A DNA stretch of 7,824 nucleotides, taken from a virus. Its lineage: Duplodnaviria > Heunggongvirae > Uroviricota > Caudoviricetes. The stretch's first letter is position 1. Each line of letters opens with the position of its first letter. The notes beneath the pieces were generated by a model. The model had not been told where the DNA came from. It made no database searches and saw only the letters and a list, made by a program, of their open reading frames with translations. The position numbers and the translations under genes were made by a program. Of this stretch, positions 6,774 to 7,824 are shown piece after piece. The stretch is taken from the IMG/VR virus record IMGVR_UViG_2671180680_000001. One strand, 5' to 3'.

Positions 6774-7244
6774 CTACCCCCCAAGGCATTGGATCCTGAT
6801 GTACTCCTGAAGCATTCTCAATGCTGTCTGGTCGCTGATGATTCCGTCCCGGATACCGAGAACGTTTCGTCCAGCAACTGGAGAGAGTTCGACGGTGGCA
6901 TCATTGCCCATGCCGGAGGCGCTGGAGGTTTCGGCTGAGGATGGCACAGGGCATTTTCCTTTGACGAGCACCCGACCACCATTATCAAGCTTGCGCCGAA
7001 GAGCATCATTTTCAGCTTTCGCATCAGCTAACTCCTTCGTGTATTTAGCATCGAGTGCATCAGCATCACGCTGGCGCTGCTGCATGTCAGTAATGGTTGC
7101 GTTCGCCAGCTTCAGTTCTCTTGCGTTTTTGTCGCGCTGCTCTTTGTAGGTAATGGCGTTATCACGGTAATGATTAACAGCCCATGACAGGCGGACGATG
7201 ATGCAGATAACCAGAGCGGAGATAATCGCGGTGACTCTGCTCAT
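6774..7244 (-). CDS. Rz: Rz i-spanin (inner-membrane spanin subunit)
   Basis: Translation [77 protein letters not shown] matches recalled lambda Rz over about the first 85 residues; the C-terminal half is divergent but retains the conserved Cys. ATG 7244..7242 overlaps the R stop (ATGA). The GTG at 7256 in the ORF track is probably not the start. Confidence 0.88.
   Translation of the reverse strand: MSRVTAIISALVICIIVRLSWAVNHYRDNAITYKEQRDKNARELKLANATITDMQQRQRDADALDAKYTKELADAKAENDALRRKLDNGGRVLVKGKCPVPSSAETSSASGMGNDATVELSPVAGRNVLGIRDGIISDQTALRMLQEYIRIQCLGG
6818..7024 (-). CDS. Rz1: Rz1 o-spanin (outer-membrane lipoprotein), embedded in the +1 frame of Rz
   Basis: 68-codon ORF entirely inside Rz. 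MRKLKMML...LIMVVGC has a lipobox-like VVGC followed by the proline-rich KPPAPPAW motif, matching recalled lambda Rz1 (MLKLKMML...VVVGC...KPPPPPAW). AAGGAG SD lies 7 nt upstream of ATG 7024. Confidence 0.8.
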   Translation of the reverse strand: MRKLKMMLFGASLIMVVGCSSKENALCHPQPKPPAPPAWAMMPPSNSLQLLDETFSVSGTESSATRQH

Positions 7245-7738
7245 TGCTGCCCCCACAAACAGACTTCACGCTCAATCTCACGACGGGTCATCAGCCCTTT
7301 CCATTGCTTACCGCCAGCATATGTCCAGCGACATAGCTGGTCACATGCGCCTTTGATATAGCCCTGGTTTATTTTGCGAAGAAGCGTCGATGTTCTGAAA
7401 TTGCCAGCGCCCACGTTGTAAACGAACGAGTAAAGAGCGCCGCGCGTTGTTTCCGGTATATCGACTTTGATGTACGGGTTAATTTGTCTGGCGACAGTGG
7501 CAAGGTCTTTATTCAGGAGAGCTTTGCATTCTGCTTCGGTATACGTTTTACCAGGCATGATGTCTTTTCCGGTGTGTCCGTGACATACAGTCCATACACC
7601 AATGATATCTTTGTATAGTATGTAGCTGACACCTTCCAGACCATCGTTACCACCTGGGCCAGTGATTAACACAGATGCTATAGCAACAGCCCCGCCACCA
7701 ATAGCAACTGCAACAGCCTTGCGTAATGATGGCGACAT
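7241..7738 (-). CDS. R: SAR endolysin (P21 R-type lysozyme with N-terminal signal-arrest-release domain)
   Basis: 165-aa product. N-terminal Gly/Ala-rich weakly hydrophobic SAR segment ([23 protein letters not shown]) followed by lysozyme core ([10 protein letters not shown]...[10 protein letters not shown]...[19 protein letters not shown]); near-identical to P21 R as I recall it. SD GAGGTGA precedes ATG 7738..7736, which overlaps the upstream ORF stop (TAATG). Confidence 0.9.
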   Translation of the reverse strand: MSPSLRKAVAVAIGGGAVAIASVLITGPGGNDGLEGVSYILYKDIIGVWTVCHGHTGKDIMPGKTYTEAECKALLNKDLATVARQINPYIKVDIPETTRGALYSFVYNVGAGNFRTSTLLRKINQGYIKGACDQLCRWTYAGGKQWKGLMTRREIEREVCLWGQQ

Positions 7739-7824
7739 TATTCACCTCTCGCAGCCTTACTAGACTGGCCCCCTGAATCTCCAGACAACCAGTATCACTT
7801 AAATAAGTGATAGTCTTAATACTA
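7738..7824 (-). CDS. 3' end of putative (pin)holin gene, partial at window edge, apparently frameshifted
   Basis: The frame ending in TAA overlapping the R start codon (TAATG) encodes ...[10 protein letters not shown], resembling the recalled C-terminus of S21 pinholin (...RRKAARGE), but is closed by TGA only 18 codons upstream. The only frame open to the window edge encodes ...[20 protein letters not shown]... (TYL also fits S21) and runs into R. One extra G in the GGGGG run (plus-strand CCCCC 7769-7773) would join them as ...[25 protein letters not shown]. Confidence 0.3.

Noticed and set aside
6838-7149. 103-aa plus-strand ORF
   Set aside because: Antisense to Rz/Rz1, which are confidently identified.
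7245-7256. GTG start for Rz at 7256 (MGAAMSRV...)
   Set aside because: The ATG at 7244 reproduces the lambda Rz N-terminus (MSRVTAII) and forms the ATGA overlap with the R stop; the GTG extension is unnecessary.
1-7824. CRISPR arrays, tRNA/rRNA genes, IS elements or integrase/attachment sites
   Set aside because: No regularly spaced direct repeats, no cloverleaf-compatible segments, no terminal inverted repeats or transposase-like ORFs were seen in this window.

Overview
This window reads as the late region of a lambdoid (Escherichia/Shigella-type) prophage, almost entirely on the minus strand: the 3' end of a putative holin, a P21-type SAR endolysin (R), Rz with embedded Rz1, then terminase small and large subunits, a portal gene, a Mu gpF/SPP1 gp7-like minor head protein, a putative scaffold-like protein and a small head-module protein. 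The single plus-strand gene is an AT-rich DedA/YqaA-family membrane protein sitting between the lysis and packaging modules, a moron-like cargo gene and the best candidate for something undescribed. The portal gene is broken by an in-frame amber codon and a 1-nt deletion in a homopolymer, and the holin 3' end appears to carry a second homopolymer deletion, so this is either a decaying (defective) prophage or a sequence with homopolymer errors. A cluster of GGTACGCA-type repeats with A-tracts inside the terminase small subunit gene is a candidate pac/recognition site. All family assignments come from reading the translations and from recalled knowledge of lambda/P21 proteins; no database search was run.
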